Source: Octopus bimaculoides | Lineage: Eukaryota | Direction: 5' to 3' | Length of the DNA stretch: 64,000 bases | Assembly: GCF_001194135.2 (NCBI RefSeq) | Contig: NC_068991.1 | Coordinates: forward strand, 73,582,671 to 73,646,670 | Notes under the pieces: generated by a model | Database searches by the model: none | What the model was told of the DNA's origin: nothing | What the model saw: the letters and a program-made list of their open reading frames with translations, nothing else | Program-made: the position numbers and the translations under genes | Shown here: piece by piece, positions 40,401 to 54,254 of the stretch | Layout: every line of letters begins with the position of its first letter | Numbering within the stretch: position 1 is the first letter of the stretch

Positions 40401-40848
40401 NNNNNNNNNNNNNNNNNNNNNNNNNNNNNNNNNNNNNNNNNNNNNNNNNNNNNNNNNNNNNNNNNNNNNNNNNNNNNNNNNNNNNNNNNNNNNNNNNNNN
40501 NNNNNNNNNNNNNNNNNNNNNNNNNNNNNNNNNNNNNNNNATACATACATACATAGACACATACATACACGCACGCACATACACACACATACGTACACAC
40601 ATACACGAACACACATACATATATACATACATACACATACATACACATACATACATACACACACATACATACATACATACATACATGCATGCATACATAC
40701 ATACACGCATACACACATGCATACGTACATACACACACGTACATACATACATACATAAAAAAAGAAGGAAAACGAGAAATATACATATGTAGTATTCCTA
40801 GCTCTGTGAATATATATATATATGTGTGTGTGTGTGTATGTATCTATG

Positions 40849-40881
<33 letters not shown>

Positions 40882-41382
40882 ATGTGTGTGTGTGTGTGTG
40901 TGCGTGTGTGTGTATGTGTGTGTGTTTGGGTATGCGTGTGTGTACGTGTTTGTTTTACAACTGAATACGTACTGATTTTTAATTATCATTCATTCGCTTT
41001 TCTATTGTTTGTATATATTGAATTTTCATGTTTAAGCGGGTTTATTATGCATAAGTGTGTGCAATATGAGTGTATATTACACTTGCCTATGTACAGCTGT
41101 GTGTTTATAAGCTTTAGTAAAAGAACTGCATTGTTAGTGTATGTGTAGCATGTCCAACATATGCGACTGTAGTTGCGGCTCTGATAGGTAGTATATGTGT
41201 GTGTGCGTGTGTGTGTATGTGTGTGCATGCGAATTCGTTGGTATGTATGTGTGCGTGTGTGTGTGGGCGGGTGTATTAATGTCTTTACTTCTATGAATTT
41301 CATGTACAAAGTATAAAAAGATAAAACATCGTTCGTATAGTTAGACAGATAGAAAGGCAGAGAGAGATATAGACATATGTAT

Positions 41383-41419
<37 letters not shown>

Positions 41420-41641
41420 AGCATTCATTCATAAATATGCCTTTATACACATATATAATAATATGTATATACATATGTATATATATAATTACATATCAAT
41501 AAATATTTATATAAACTATATGTATGTGTATGTGTGTGTGTGTGTGTGTACATACGTACGTAAGTTTATCTGTATGCATGTATATACATAAGTACATATA
41601 CATTGATATACATTGATATGAAGTCGATATTTTGTGTGCAG

Positions 41642-41937
41642 ATGCTTTCACTGAAAAACTTCGTTTGCATATAAACCGATTACAAAAGCTGTGCTTCCGT
41701 TGTTCGGTGGGACATCCTCTTCGATTGTTACCGAAACAATCTAAAAGAAAAGAATACGTAGATATGTCATACTGCGTACAGCATAAATCATTCGACATCA
41801 CTGATAAAGTAGATGTTGTGCTTGGCTCTCATGTAGGGCAGTTGAATGGAGAGTTGAACTTCAAACTGAAAACCATTAAGACAATTTTTGTTAAGATTCC
41901 AAAATATGCTCCTTTAGAAATGGCTTCGTTCTGGTGA
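41642..41937 (+). CDS. Candidate next exon (DAFTEKLRLHINRLQKLCFRC...LEMASFW*) of the 35232 gene
   Basis: TTTTGTGTGCAG acceptor at 41641 is in the correct phase 1. 98 open codons, a possible donor G|GTGAAT at 41933/41934, and AATAAA at 42314. No recognisable domain; ORFs of this size also occur by chance in this window. Confidence 0.25.
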
Positions 41938-42384
41938 ATGTTTTGTGCTGGTCCTACTGAGTTTCTAAGACTTTCGACTGTGTGTTTCGTACTATATTTT
42001 TTTGCTTTTTTGGTGGGGGGCTAAAAACATTGTTTTGGGTTGAAAACGTTGAATGCTGCCCGTGCGAATGGAACCCAGATTTGCTGTATACATAGCTGGC
42101 GTTCAACCACTGGACTGCATCAAACCTTCGAGTTTCTGCATTCATTTTAGAACCTTGATTGTTGCCAGCGAGAATTGTTTGGACGTCATAAAGGTTTATA
42201 AAGGTAAATGAAAATAACTGTGTCCAAATGTGCATAGCTCTTTCTGTATATCTGTATAGAAACACAAATTTTATAACTAAATAAGTTAACAGTAAATGAA
42301 TGAACTCACTAACAATAAACTACGTGTCGTTGCAAGCAAAATTTTATCTAAGACTCTTGGATAGTAATCCAGAACTCCGTTTAT

Positions 42385-42742
42385 TCGTTTATTTGTTTCA
42401 CTTATTTGACTGCGACCGTGCTGGAGCATCGCCTTTAGTCGAACTTATTCTTTGTAAGCCTAGTGCTTTTTCTATCGGTTTCTATTGCCGCACCGCTCCG
42501 CTAAATTACGGATGCAAACACACCAGCGTCGCTTGTTAAGCGATGTGTGGGGGGGGGGGGCAAAACAGACACACATACATACATATATATATGCATATAT
42601 ATTTAGACGACGGTCTTCTTTCAGTTTCAGTCTACCAAATGAACTCACAACGCTTTGGTCCGCCCGAGCCCGACCAAGATGCCACGCAGTGGAACTGAAC
42701 CCGGAAGCTAGCTTCTTACTACACAGCCACGCCTGCGCCTAT
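42385..42742 (-). mobile_element. SINE family B
   Basis: Reverse complement of the 18422 copy, from the GGCGCAGGCGTGGCTGTGT head to the GAAACAAAT tail. Confidence 0.88.
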
Positions 42743-43295
42743 AAATTCTTCAAAATTATTCAACATACAAAATTTCACTTCGATTTTAAATTACGTTAAA
42801 CTGAGCGCATGTGCGAGTATTAAATAAAATTAATTCACATTATATTTCAACATTGGAAGTCACTAGCAAACCGAATTCTCTCTGGTGTTGTTGTTATAGC
42901 TATTTTTCTTTTAATGTAATTCTACTCTGCGTCATATTAATGTTTATATTCGTTAAATTCAAAAGTTATTGTAAAGTAATTGAATCTTTCTTCACAAGCT
43001 TTACTAGTAAACTTACCGACGGAGTAAATTTAATCAAACGTTAGCACTATTGAAATAATGCTACAAATATTGTGATAGATATGAGGTGTTTGTATTAGTG
43101 GTGGTGGTGGTGGTGGTGTGGTGGTAGTGATGGTGGTGGCAGTTGAAAATAAAATTAAATTCTGCCTGTCAAAATAATAATTTATCACTAATCTATCCGC
43201 AGCTGTAATAGCTGTGTGCCTTGAGGAGAAAGTTGAAATCTCTTCATATGTAAATATAAAAACATTTATTATCAATGCGCTATGTAAAAGAGGTG

Positions 43296-43605
43296 AAGGC
43301 GTGAGGCTTAGTGGCTAACCTATCCATAAGGTCGTGCGTTCGATTCCCAGTAGAATATTGTGTCCTTGAGCAAGATTCTTTATTTCACGTTGCTCCAGTC
43401 CACTCAGCTGGCAAGAATCAGGCAGTTCCTGTATTTCAAAGGAGCCCAGCCTTGTCACATTCTGTGTCACGCTGAATCTCACTGAGAACTACGTTCAGGG
43501 TACACGTGTCTGTGGAGTGCTCAACCGCCTGCACGTTAATTTCACGAGTAGGCTGTTCTGTTCATCGGATCAACTGGAACTCTCGTCGTCGTATCCGACC
43601 GAGTA
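43296..43605 (+). mobile_element. tRNA-derived CORE-like SINE, family C
   Basis: GGCTTAGTGG (A box), CGTTCGATTCCC (B box), TGTGTCCTTGAGCAAGA..TTTATTTCACGTTGCTCCAGTCCACTCAGCTG. Confidence 0.8.
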
Positions 43606-43931
43606 CCAGTTGTGTAAGACTTGAACTAACAGAATAGCAAGAACGTCGGGAAAAAATGGTTCAGCAGTTTTGTTCCGATACTTCATATTCTGTGTAAAAA
43701 TCTCAGCGAGATCAGCTTTATCTTCCATTCCTCCAGAGATGAAATAATGTACCAGTCTACTACTGGGGGCCAATGGTAACAACTAACACCCTCTTAAAAT
43801 TGCTGGCCTTGTTCGAAAGTCTGACGCAATGTAATGTGTTATTTAAGGCGGCGAAGAAGGGTAAGTCGCTATTGTTGTTCAGCTTTTGGTCAACTCTGAT
43901 TAAGCAGATCTTCTGATCGAAATGTGAAGAT

Positions 43932-44059
43932 TTGTGGCCTTGTGATTAGAATGTTCTACTCATGATTACAAGGCCTCGGTTTCAATTCCTGCAGTGGGAT
44001 TGAACCCGGAGCCACATGGTTGCAAGTCGGTTTCTTCACCACACAGCTATGCCTGCGCC
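43932..44059. mobile_element. tRNA-like SINE head (+, 43932-43992) abutting a family B head (-, 43989-44059)
   Basis: TGGCCTTGTGATTAG..GGTTTCAATTCC, then GGGATTGAACCCGGAGCCACATGG..CACACAGCTATGCCTGCGCC. Confidence 0.6.
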
Positions 44060-44896
44060 GAAAAAAAAAAATTTCCCCTCTCGCCGGAAAGAATAATAAT
44101 AATTAAACTCAGTTATACCTTGATGAGTTCAATAGATCTAAATAAAGAAGTAGAATGCCAAGTCTACTAATTAGCGTCTGTCCATTTACCGTTGTCAATC
44201 AATTTGATTATTGTAATTAGTTAAATTTCAGACGTATTGGATCTCGGAAATATTTCCAGTGATTGGGTCAATTTTAGACACCGAGTTTTTCATTAAACTT
44301 AAAGCAAGCGTTTTACTGTTGTACGAGAGCATGCGCAGAATCACTGGGTTAGGAGTGATTCTGAATGGATAGCTTACAAAACTCTCAGTGAGAGATTCTA
44401 GAAAAAGTGAGTCCCTTTGCAAAGGTTATTCCGACTTGTAACTTATTTCAGCCGTTCGTTAAAAGAAAATAGCAGTGAGAAAGAAGAAAGAGAAGAAACT
44501 ACATGTCTGATGGTTAATGGCTAATGGTTAAAGTATAATGACAAATAAACTCTGCTTTGCAAACGGATAATATATTTTCTTCGTATATTCAAAGATGTTT
44601 GTCAGTATAGAAACTTTGTATGTCCTAAAGGTGTGAGCAATATTCAAATAGGATTCGTACTTGTTTAACTTGGTAAAGTTTCACCAATACCGATTCAAAG
44701 ATGGACGTCTTGCTGTAAGATGTAATTTTCAAGTATTACATTGGTTTGGATTACTTTGATATATCACATGGAATGACGACGACGAGCATTTGAAGTGAAA
44801 TGTTGGATGTTAGCAATGCATTTGTTCACATGTAATAAAGGTAAAGACTAGTAAGGATAGACTGCTTCTATAATTACAGGTAATTTTAATATCGAA

Positions 44897-45305
44897 AGAC
44901 GGACGGTGAGCTTGCATAATCTTTATCACGTCGGATATTTTGAGTTCAAATTCGACCGAGGAAGACACTGCCATTCATTTCTTTCGAAAAAATAAGTACC
45001 AGTCGAGAACGTGGGGCAACGTAATCGACTTTTCCACCAATCAAAATTGCTGCCTCATACCTAAATAAGCAAAGAATTTTAATATCGACCGAAGAACGGT
45101 GAGCTGGCAGAATCTTTAACAAAATGCTTTGCAGCTTTTCAGCTCTAGTCTAGACTTTCTGAATGCAAATTGTACCGAAATGAACCATTTTATCCATTTA
45201 GGGTCGATAACATAAGTACCAATCAAGTACGAGGTCGATGTAATAGACTTGTTCCCTCCTCACAAAATTCCAGATCTTGTGCTTCTACCAGAAAGAAGTA
45301 TTATC
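44897..45305 (+). mobile_element. Two degenerate SINE family A copies in tandem (44897-45080, 45094-45305)
   Basis: Each starts GA.CGGTGAGCT.GCA.AATC and has the ..AAGTACCA....GGTCGATGTAAT.GACT core. Confidence 0.7.
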
Positions 45306-45930
45306 GAACGTCCAACAGTAAGAATGATAGCAGTATTCCGTTTGTGCTGAGAGCAACGACAAGTATTGTGTATATCAGTGGCGATTGATGGTATAGTAAT
45401 TGATGAGAAAAACTGATATGAAATTCAATCAAGCATGAACTTTCAGTTAACGTCTACTTCATGGACTGAATACGAATTTAATATTTGGTTTTCTGATGCC
45501 CGGCTCTACAAGGTCATCATTTTTTATTATTTCTACATCATTGTACTCAACAGAGTAAACATATCTAGAACATGCGTGTCCGGGTGCGAGTATGTCAATG
45601 TGTCTATGTGAATGCATTAGTGTCTGCAGAATGTTCTCAGTAAGTCTATAACAGTAAGTCGGTAAAAAGAATGTTCAAATACATGTCTCTTCATGAAACG
45701 CCTTGAAACCGCGTCCGCACGTATACACATATGTGTATGTAGGAGAATGTGTATCTGAGTAAGTGCACGCATACATATTTACTCACATACACACACACAC
45801 ATATATATATATATATACATACATACAGACATATATATGTATATATAAGAGTATGCATACACATATATATCTTTACATACATATAGGCATATATATAGAG
45901 ACATATAGACATATATATGTATATATATAC

Positions 45931-45980
<50 letters not shown>

Positions 45981-46683
45981 GCATTCAATCATACATATAT
46001 ACATATACACACACGTGTGTATTTTGCGTGCATGTGTGTGTGGACGAGATGACAAAAGACCGGAACCAAACGGTAAATACGATGTAATAGAAGTGAATCA
46101 ATAAATAAAGAAAAAAATTAAAGAAGCAAGCGAGGAATATGGAAGAAAAGAACAGAAATAGATGTATAAAAAATACAATATACAATAGACAAATGCCGTA
46201 GGTGTGAACTTCAGTATCCTTATCTTTTTCTCTCTCTCTAGTATTTTGATAACTTAATATTTTGAGCAGGTTTTTCTTTGTCTTGTTATTGCTATGCTTT
46301 CTATTTCTGTAAAAAGAATTGTGTATTTATTTTCTGTGCTGCGCTGAATGTTTTCTGTTTAAAATGCGAAGTGTAATATTTCTTTTTAACGGGTAAGAAA
46401 AGAAAAAAAAAAGATGTAAGAAAATAGAAAGTAAAAAAAAATGCTAAAGACGTACTTTGAATACAATATTTTTCTGGTCTGTTTACACATGCACACACAC
46501 AGACTCACACACATACACACACACATGCAAATACAGACAGATGAGTGCATACATTTATATTTATTTATATATAGAAATATTGAAATATATATACATGTAT
46601 GCAAATATGTATGATGGGTATATGTATGCACACATATTTATGTGCGTGTATCTATGTGTATCATGTATACATATGTACTATAG

Positions 46684-46769
<86 letters not shown>

Positions 46770-46904
46770 GGAGAGAGAGAGACAGACAGACAGATAACCA
46801 CATATATAAATATATGCATATATATATACATGTCTATATGTATGTGAGTCTGTCTATATGCACGCACACACGCACATACACACACATATATATATGTATA
46901 TATC

Positions 46905-46961
<57 letters not shown>

Positions 46962-46989
46962 GGAGAGAGAGAGAGAGAGATAGAATCTT

Positions 46990-47183
46990 TTTTATTTTTT
47001 TATTTGTTTCTGTTATTTGACTGCGCCCATACTGGAGTACTGCCTTTAGTCGAACGAATCAACCCTAAGACTTATTCTTTGTAAGCCTAGTACTTATTCC
47101 ATCGGGAACTTTTGCCGAACCGCTAAGTTATGGAGAGGTAAACACACCAGCATCGGTTGTCAAACACACCAACATCGGTTGTC
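46990..47183 (-). mobile_element. SINE family B, 3' half
   Basis: TTTGACTGCG.CCAT.CTGGAG.AC.GCCTTTAGTCGA..CTTATTCTTTGTAAGCCTAGTACTTATTC; 22-bp internal tandem duplication at 47140-47183. Confidence 0.85.
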
Positions 47184-47257
47184 TGCTCCTACTTTTAACC
47201 AAGTATATCGGTATACGGATGTATATGATAGTGAATGTCTTAAGTGCTCAATATTCA

Positions 47258-47488
47258 ATTCTTTATTGCCCATAAGGGGCTAAACATAGAAGGGACAAAC
47301 AAGGACAGACAAAGGGACTAAGTCGATTACATCGATCCCCAAGTGTGCAACTGGTACTTATTTAATCGAACTCGAAAGGATGAAAAGGAAAGTCGACCTT
47401 GGCGGAATTTGAACTCAGAACATAACGGCAGACGAAATACCGCTAGGCATTTCGCCTGGTGTGCTAACGATTCTGCTAGCTCGCCGTC
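47258..47488 (-). mobile_element. SINE family A (subfamily with a different 3' tail), 21-bp TSD
   Basis: Full head and body; GTCTTAAGTGCTCAATATTCA duplicated at 47237-47257 and 47486-47506. Confidence 0.93.
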
Positions 47489-48000
47489 TTAAGTGCTCAA
47501 TATTCACAAGCTTAATGTGGAATAGCGTAAACTCATGATTTTCATATCAAATGGAAAATTATCAAAAACGTAAATATTATTCATGTTGATGACGTTATAG
47601 AAATTCATAAATTGTCGCGAGAACATGAAATAATTAGTTTTTGGAACAGTGGATCTCGATGCATACATAAAATTGTAAATAATAGCATGGAAATATTGAA
47701 CTGAAATAAAAAAAAAAAAAACTATTGGGCCGCCTTGGACTTTTCTATCCAAAACGGTTTTTCAACTCAATATTTATGTGTTGTTATTTATAGCTTTATG
47801 TGTGCTTCGAGATACACGGTTCCCGAAAAGAATTCTTACAATTTCCCGTATTTCATTCTCTTCAGAACCTCTTTTTCTTTTCTTTTTCTTCTTTCTTAAT
47901 ATTAATTTCGTCGTTTAAAAACGATCGAACATTCTACATTTCTATCTCTGTTTCTTTCTTTCTTCATCTCTCTCTCTCTTTCATATACGCTCTCTCTCCT

Positions 48001-48035
<35 letters not shown>

Positions 48036-48049
48036 TTCTNNNNNNNNNN

Positions 48050-48100
<51 letters not shown>

Positions 48101-48719
48101 CTCACTCACCCTGTCTCTCTTACTCAAATTTTTCCGTTTCATAATTAGGTTTTCAAATAAATTCCCGCGAGATATGAAAATGTGTACCAAAAACTAATCC
48201 TACATGTTTCTCGCCTATTTCCTCACAAATTCTAATCCAATAAAACCTACACAGTAGATCTGGATGACATTCTTTATATATCAATGGCTGATTAAACGCA
48301 TCCATCGCTAAAACAAGATGGCTGCTACTTCTCCCGTCCATGTTAACATTGTATTTATACCGCTGTTGTTGTTGTAATTGACGCTGCAACTAAACTTCAT
48401 TCAAATGTGCAAATTTCGTTGAAAATCTTCAATTGTTATCGGTTCTCAGCGCCCTGAATGCTGTATGATATCTTATGCGTCGATATTACTGTTGTTGGTA
48501 GAGCTTCACCGGTTTTCAAGTAACTTCAACGAAACGAAGAAAATTTAATCTCATGAAGCTCATAAACTATTTCAAAGGCAATCGACCAAAATGGAAATGT
48601 GAAACGGTTAAAATTTCTAGAAGGAAGGAAAGAAATAAAACAAATGTAAAAGAATAATTTCACTTCGATGCCATCAGGGTGAAATTAAAACAGCCATTTT
48701 GCTTTCTGCTTCAGTATAT

Positions 48720-49480
48720 GCATATGTGCGCGTTTGTTTGTTTGTATGTGTGTGTGTATGTTTGTGTGCGTGTGTGTGTGTTTGTGAACGTGTGTGTTTG
48801 CCATTTGTGTGTGTGCGTGACTGATTTGGTGTTTGTGTGCGTGTGTTTGGTGTTTGTGTGTGTGTGTGTTTGGTGTGTTTGGTTTGTATGTGTGTGTGTG
48901 TGTGTTTGCCATTTGTGTGTGTATGTGACTCATTTGGTATTTGTGTGCGTGCGTTTGGTATCTGTATGTGTGTGTTTGGTGTGTGTGCTTATGTGTGTGT
49001 TTGGTGTGTGTGCTTATGTGTGTGTGTGTGTGCGTTTGGTGTTTGTGTATTTGTGTCTGGTGTTTGTGTGCGTGTGTTTGGTGTGTGTGTGCTTGATATT
49101 TGCGTGTGTGTTTGGTGCTTGTGTGTGTGTGTATATGTATGACTTTGGTGTTTGTGCGTGTGTGTGTGTGCGCGCTTGCGTTTGGTGTTTGTGTGTGTCT
49201 TTGTGTATGTGTGTGTGTGCGCTGGTGTGACAGGATTTGTGTGTGACTGTTTGCTTGTGTCCATCTATGCGTATGTATGTCTCTGTGTCAGTGCGCGCAC
49301 TCGTGCGTAAGACTTAGAGAAAGAGTGAGAGACTGTGTGTCTGCGTGCCTGTGTGCATGTGTGCCGGGATGTGTGTGTGTGTGTGTGTGTACGTACTTGT
49401 CTGAATGCCTGTGTCTCTGTGAGTATGTTTGCGTGTGAGTGTGTATATGTGTGAATGTCACTGCGTGTGTGTGTGACTGT
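48720..49480. repeat. Cryptic (GT)-derived minisatellite with TTTGGT punctuation
   Basis: Recurrent TTTGGTGTTTGTGTG units; TTTGCCATTTGTGTGTG..GTGACT.ATTTGGT repeated at a 108-bp interval. Confidence 0.85.
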
Positions 49481-50016
49481 GTGACTGTATGCCTTTATTT
49501 ATGCATGTGGGGCGGGGAGAGGTTGCCCATCCCTATACAAATCGGATGAAAGACATCTGACGTTCGGCTTAATTGGAAATATGCAACATTCCCTTTGTTC
49601 CCAAATGCATTGCAGAAATGATGTGACAACAAACACAAAGGTTACAGTTTTGTGCATGCTAAAGGTGCAATATTCGAAAAATGCACATAAGAAACTCATT
49701 ACGCTTTTGTATTTGAAATAAGATGAAGTGTTGAACACATAACAAGTAGTGTTTCGTGTCTTGAAGGATCCATTTTTTTTTCCCCTTCTATATATTTTTC
49801 TTCCGAGAAACCCAATATCGAATAGAAAAATCTTGTAGTCCTTAATTTATTCTCTTCCTACTTCCCTTTCTCTCCCCTTTCCCTTTTAATCTATCTCCCT
49901 TCAAACTAACATTCTCTTAAAAATGGAAGGAAGATTTTATAAAAGCTGTTCCGACTAGTTCCGCTCGGTAAATTCCATGTCGTTGTCACCGCATCATAAA
50001 ATATTATAGAGTTACA

Positions 50017-50560
50017 TACAGGGACGTGACAATTAAATAACCCTCAATATGTTTTGTGGTATTTGTGGTAATTTAATGAGAATATTTCAGACCTGGAGAT
50101 TATGCATTTGATTTATGAGACACTCAACCCTACTCTAGAGAGATTGCTCAAGACTGTAAAAGTCCCTTTATGTTCTTTCCAGTCAGTGGTATACAGCTTT
50201 AGAGATTACCAACTTGAAATGCTTGAGACGATGCTTGAGATCCTCCCTACACTGCTCTCGTTTATGTCGAGATGGGAGAGCGCCTTTTCCTCCCTGTCAG
50301 AAGAAGGGCTTTGTACTCAAATTCACAACAGATACTGCAAAAAAATTCCGTCCGGCGCCAATTCAACGCCCTCTACTGGTGTTTTATCAATCGACCGCAA
50401 AATGCGGAAAAGCAAATTCGACTTCGAACGAATTTGATCTGTGGTTACTGATAGCTGGGACAAAGACCATGAAGCATTTTAACCACTTTTCTAATGGCTT
50501 AACCGATTACACATTTTTACCAGCTTGACCGAAGTCCAGTCACTGAAAGAAGTAAAAGAT
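50017..50560 (+). mobile_element. Possible Tc1/mariner 5' remnant
   Basis: TA|CAGGGACGTGACAATTAA resembles a Tc1/mariner TIR. ATG at 50272 is followed by FVLKF / VRRQFN fragments in different frames, reminiscent of N-terminal HTH segments. No right TIR seen. Confidence 0.3.
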
Positions 50561-51211
50561 GAAAGCAAGCCAATGATGTTCCATCTGTTAGACACAGTGT
50601 ATCTAGGAATACATTATCCAATCTACCTTTTCGTATTTTCAATACTTTGTGGTTTAATTGGGCGATGGCTGCTATAAAAGTAAATACAAGCCTGGAAACG
50701 AGGCATAAGTGCCGCAGAACCTTCTTTCTTGTCTTTCACTATAAACGTTATGTTCTCGTTTTGAAGATATTCGTCTAACATCGTGTTTTTGACGACATAC
50801 AACTGAGCCAAGGTTTCGATTCCCGATTGAAGACCATTTCGATTAAATTTTCAATAAAATTGTTTAAAACTTATAAAACTTCTCCTAAAGCTCCCTCCTT
50901 CCCTTTCCCTCTCTCTCTCTCTCTCCCTCTCTCTCTCACTCTCTCTCTCTCTTACTCTCTCTCACGCACACATACACTTTATCTCTACCTGTCTCTTCAA
51001 ATTCGTCTTTCTTCCTCTGTTCTTCTCTCCCTTTTCCTCTCCCTCCTTTCTCACTCACGTTCTGCCTCTCTTCCCCCTCTCTCTCTCTCTCTCTCCTTCT
51101 CAACCTCCCAGTCTCACTTTCTTCAAATTCTCAACCTCCAAGATGGAACATACTAGAATTTTCTGTACACCTTGCATGTGTATGCATATACGCATGTATG
51201 TATGTATGTAT

Positions 51212-51329
51212 ATCACTGTTCAGTTTTATTTCAAGACTTCTTGCCAATATAGAAGGAACCGGTTTCTAACCTATCTATCCTCCAGGGTTCTTTCATTGGA
51301 ATTTCAACATCAACAACAGGGTATTTTTG
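51212..51329 (-). mobile_element. 3'UTR module of the R4/Dong-like element
   Basis: Reverse complement of the 15739-15850 module, downstream (on -) of the ORF end at 51499-51577. Confidence 0.75.
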
Positions 51330-51379
51330 TTAGTAAGCATGTATGTATTTATGTATGTGTGTGTTTGTGTGCATCTACT

Positions 51380-51413
<34 letters not shown>

Positions 51414-51498
51414 TGTATGTATACGTGCAGATTTCTACGATTTGATTTATGTATGAATTCTCATGCATATAGTTGCATATCTAGACAGGCTCATGTAT

Positions 51499-51577
51499 AT
51501 TTAAATGCAAAACTTCTTGAAGTTTTACAGATTTTTACAGTTCCAGTGATAGATATGATCTGTAGTCTTCGAATTAA
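51499..51577 (-). mobile_element. 3' ORF end of the same R4/Dong-like element
   Basis: LIRRLQIISITGTVKICKTSRSF; aligns by eye to 15985-16064. Confidence 0.6.
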
Positions 51578-51971
51578 TGTATGTATATATGTATGAATGT
51601 ATGCATTTATATGTGTGTACATGTATATAGATGCGAATATAAGCTTGTCTGTACGTGCATGTGTGCTTGTAACTGCATAAGCCTCTATTTCTCTGTAAGT
51701 GCACATGTGCGTGGGACGTTATATGCGTTATTGTATTTATATGCATTCGCGTGGGCGTAATTGTGCATAGGTGTCAATGTATGTGTGCTTGCGTATGTAC
51801 AAGTGTACAAGTATGTGTGTGTGTGCATGTGTGTGCACGCGCTTATGTTGGTTTAAAAACTGAAAGATCTAATCAGCCACATGCATCACGTTGTTGACAT
51901 AAATAGCTCTTCGACATAATCCAATTGCAATTTATAGGTGTATATATATATATATATATATATATACAACG

Positions 51972-52023
<52 letters not shown>

Positions 52024-52108
52024 TACACACTTACACACACACATATATACACTTACATATATACATACATATAAATATGTATATATATATATACATGATA
52101 TATATGAT

Positions 52109-52169
<61 letters not shown>

Positions 52170-52818
52170 ACATACACGTACTTNNNNNNNNNNNNNNNNN
52201 NNNNNNNNNNNNNNNNNNNNNNNNNNNNNNNNNNNNNNNNNNNNNNNNNNNNNNNNNNNNNNNNNNNNNNNNNNNNNNNNNNNNNNNNNNNNNNNNNNNN
52301 NNNNNNNNNNNNNNNNNNNNNNNNNNNNNNNNNNNNNNNNNNNNNNNNNNNNNNNNNNNNNNNNNNNNNNNNNNNNNNNNNNNNNNNNNNNNNNNNNNNN
52401 NNNNNNNNNNNNNNNNNNNNNNNNNNNNNNNNNNNNNNNNNNNNNNNNNNNNNNNNNNNNNNNNNNNNNNNNNNNNNNNNNNNNNNNNNNNNNNNNNNNN
52501 NNNNNNNNNNNNNNNNNNNNNNNNNNNNNNNNNNNNNNNNNNNNNNNNNNNNNNNNNNNNNNNNNNNNNNNNNNNNNNNNNNNNNNNNNNNNNNNNNNNN
52601 NNNNNNNNNNNNNNNNNNNNNNNNNNNNNNNNNNNNNNNNNNNNNNNNNNNNNNNNNNNNNNNNNNNNNNNNNNNNNNNNNNNNNNNNNNNNNNNNNNNN
52701 NNNNNNNNNNNNNNNNNNNNNNNNNNNNNNNNNNNNNNNNNNNNNNNNNNNNNNNNNNNNNNNNNNNNNNNNNNNNNNNNNNNNNNNNNNNNNNNNNNNN
52801 NNNNNNNNNNNNNNNNNN

Positions 52819-52860
<42 letters not shown>

Positions 52861-52898
52861 TTATATATATGTGTATATTATATGCATGTATTTGTGAG

Positions 52899-52941
<43 letters not shown>

Positions 52942-53421
52942 ATATTAATTCATGTATGTATCTACGTGTACGTGTATTCACACGTGCAAGTACCTTTCGA
53001 ATGCATATTTATACCTACATAAAAATATATATCATGTCATGTACTTAATGCTTGTAAAAATTATACAACCAACACTTAACTACATGCATTTATGAATATA
53101 TCTGTAAAAATTTGCATTACTCAACATAAAACTCATATTTCACATACAGAACACACACATACACACATACTCATATATACATACTTATATGTATACATAT
53201 AGATAAATACGTATATATGTCTTATTCACACCATGTGTGTTTGTGTGTGTGTGTGTGTGATGTTTTTAAAATACAAAATATATTCTTTCATTTATTTGCG
53301 ATAAACATGTATACTCAGTCTTAAATACGTGGGTGGATGCATGTATATATATGTATCTTAAAAGAAATGTGCAAGCTTTCAGAAGACATTTATTGCATAT
53401 TCACAATTAATACACACACAT

Positions 53422-53454
<33 letters not shown>

Positions 53455-54202
53455 TAATCGCACTCAACATCATATAAAACCACATGCACATACATAGACA
53501 CACACACACAACACATAACACACAAGTCGATACATACGGGTATATATTTATTTACTTATTTACTTTTATATTTATAACTTTATATATGCGCGCCCGACGT
53601 GTGTGTGTGTGTAAATGGGGTGTTTTTATTGCATGCATGTATATATTTAATAGAGATATTATAACGGACCGGCAAGAGAAACTAAAGAGCAACAGAGGTT
53701 TCCACCTGTTTTCGCGAAGTTAATAATGATCTAATATTATGTAACATAATTTTTAATAGAGCCCTAACTGCTTCTTACTGAGGAGATCCAACGAGATCAA
53801 AATAGCTAATATATGCGAATGCTATGTCATCTATGATTTAAGGAGAAAAATTTAGAAAAAGAACGAAAATTTAGCAAAATAAATGCATAAACATATTACA
53901 AATTCATCGTACTAATTGCAAATAAACGTAATCAATTGAATCCGATTCGTACTCTTGTCTGTCACAGAGGGAATGACTCAATTAGCTGATAAATAAATTG
54001 ATACGGCAAAGATATAAACGTTAGACAAAACTATTCCCAGCCTGAGAGGAAATGGTTTTCTGTTGGTTTCTTGTTGTATTGATGGCATTACAAAGAAACT
54101 CACTTCATGAAACTAATAAAATAGCATAATTGAAATAGTATGTTTTACACCTTATAAATCTTTCCCGTTTGCCAGTAAAATACCATGAAACAGCATTTGT
54201 GT

Positions 54203-54254
<52 letters not shown>

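Noticed and set aside
44232-50551. Tempting model of an editing-dependent gene: splicing 36546 to 44232-44406 (good AG and GTGAGT) to 50091 keeps one frame that looks protein-like if its TAA/TAG/TGA codons are read as Trp after A-to-I editing.
   Set aside because: About 12 stops in about 210 codons is what a random AT-rich frame gives. Phase continuity is automatic for some frame. The other two frames at 50091-50528 are more open, and the segment starts with a Tc1-like TIR. Only spliced reads with A-to-G at 44295-44296, 44301-44302 and 44400 would revive it.
53772-53812. CUUA CUGAGGA GAUC CAACGA GAUC AAAAU AGC UAAU as a separate hammerhead feature.
   Set aside because: Needs three substitutions (G12, U16.1, stem I) to be canonical; kept only as weak support in the strand-bias finding.
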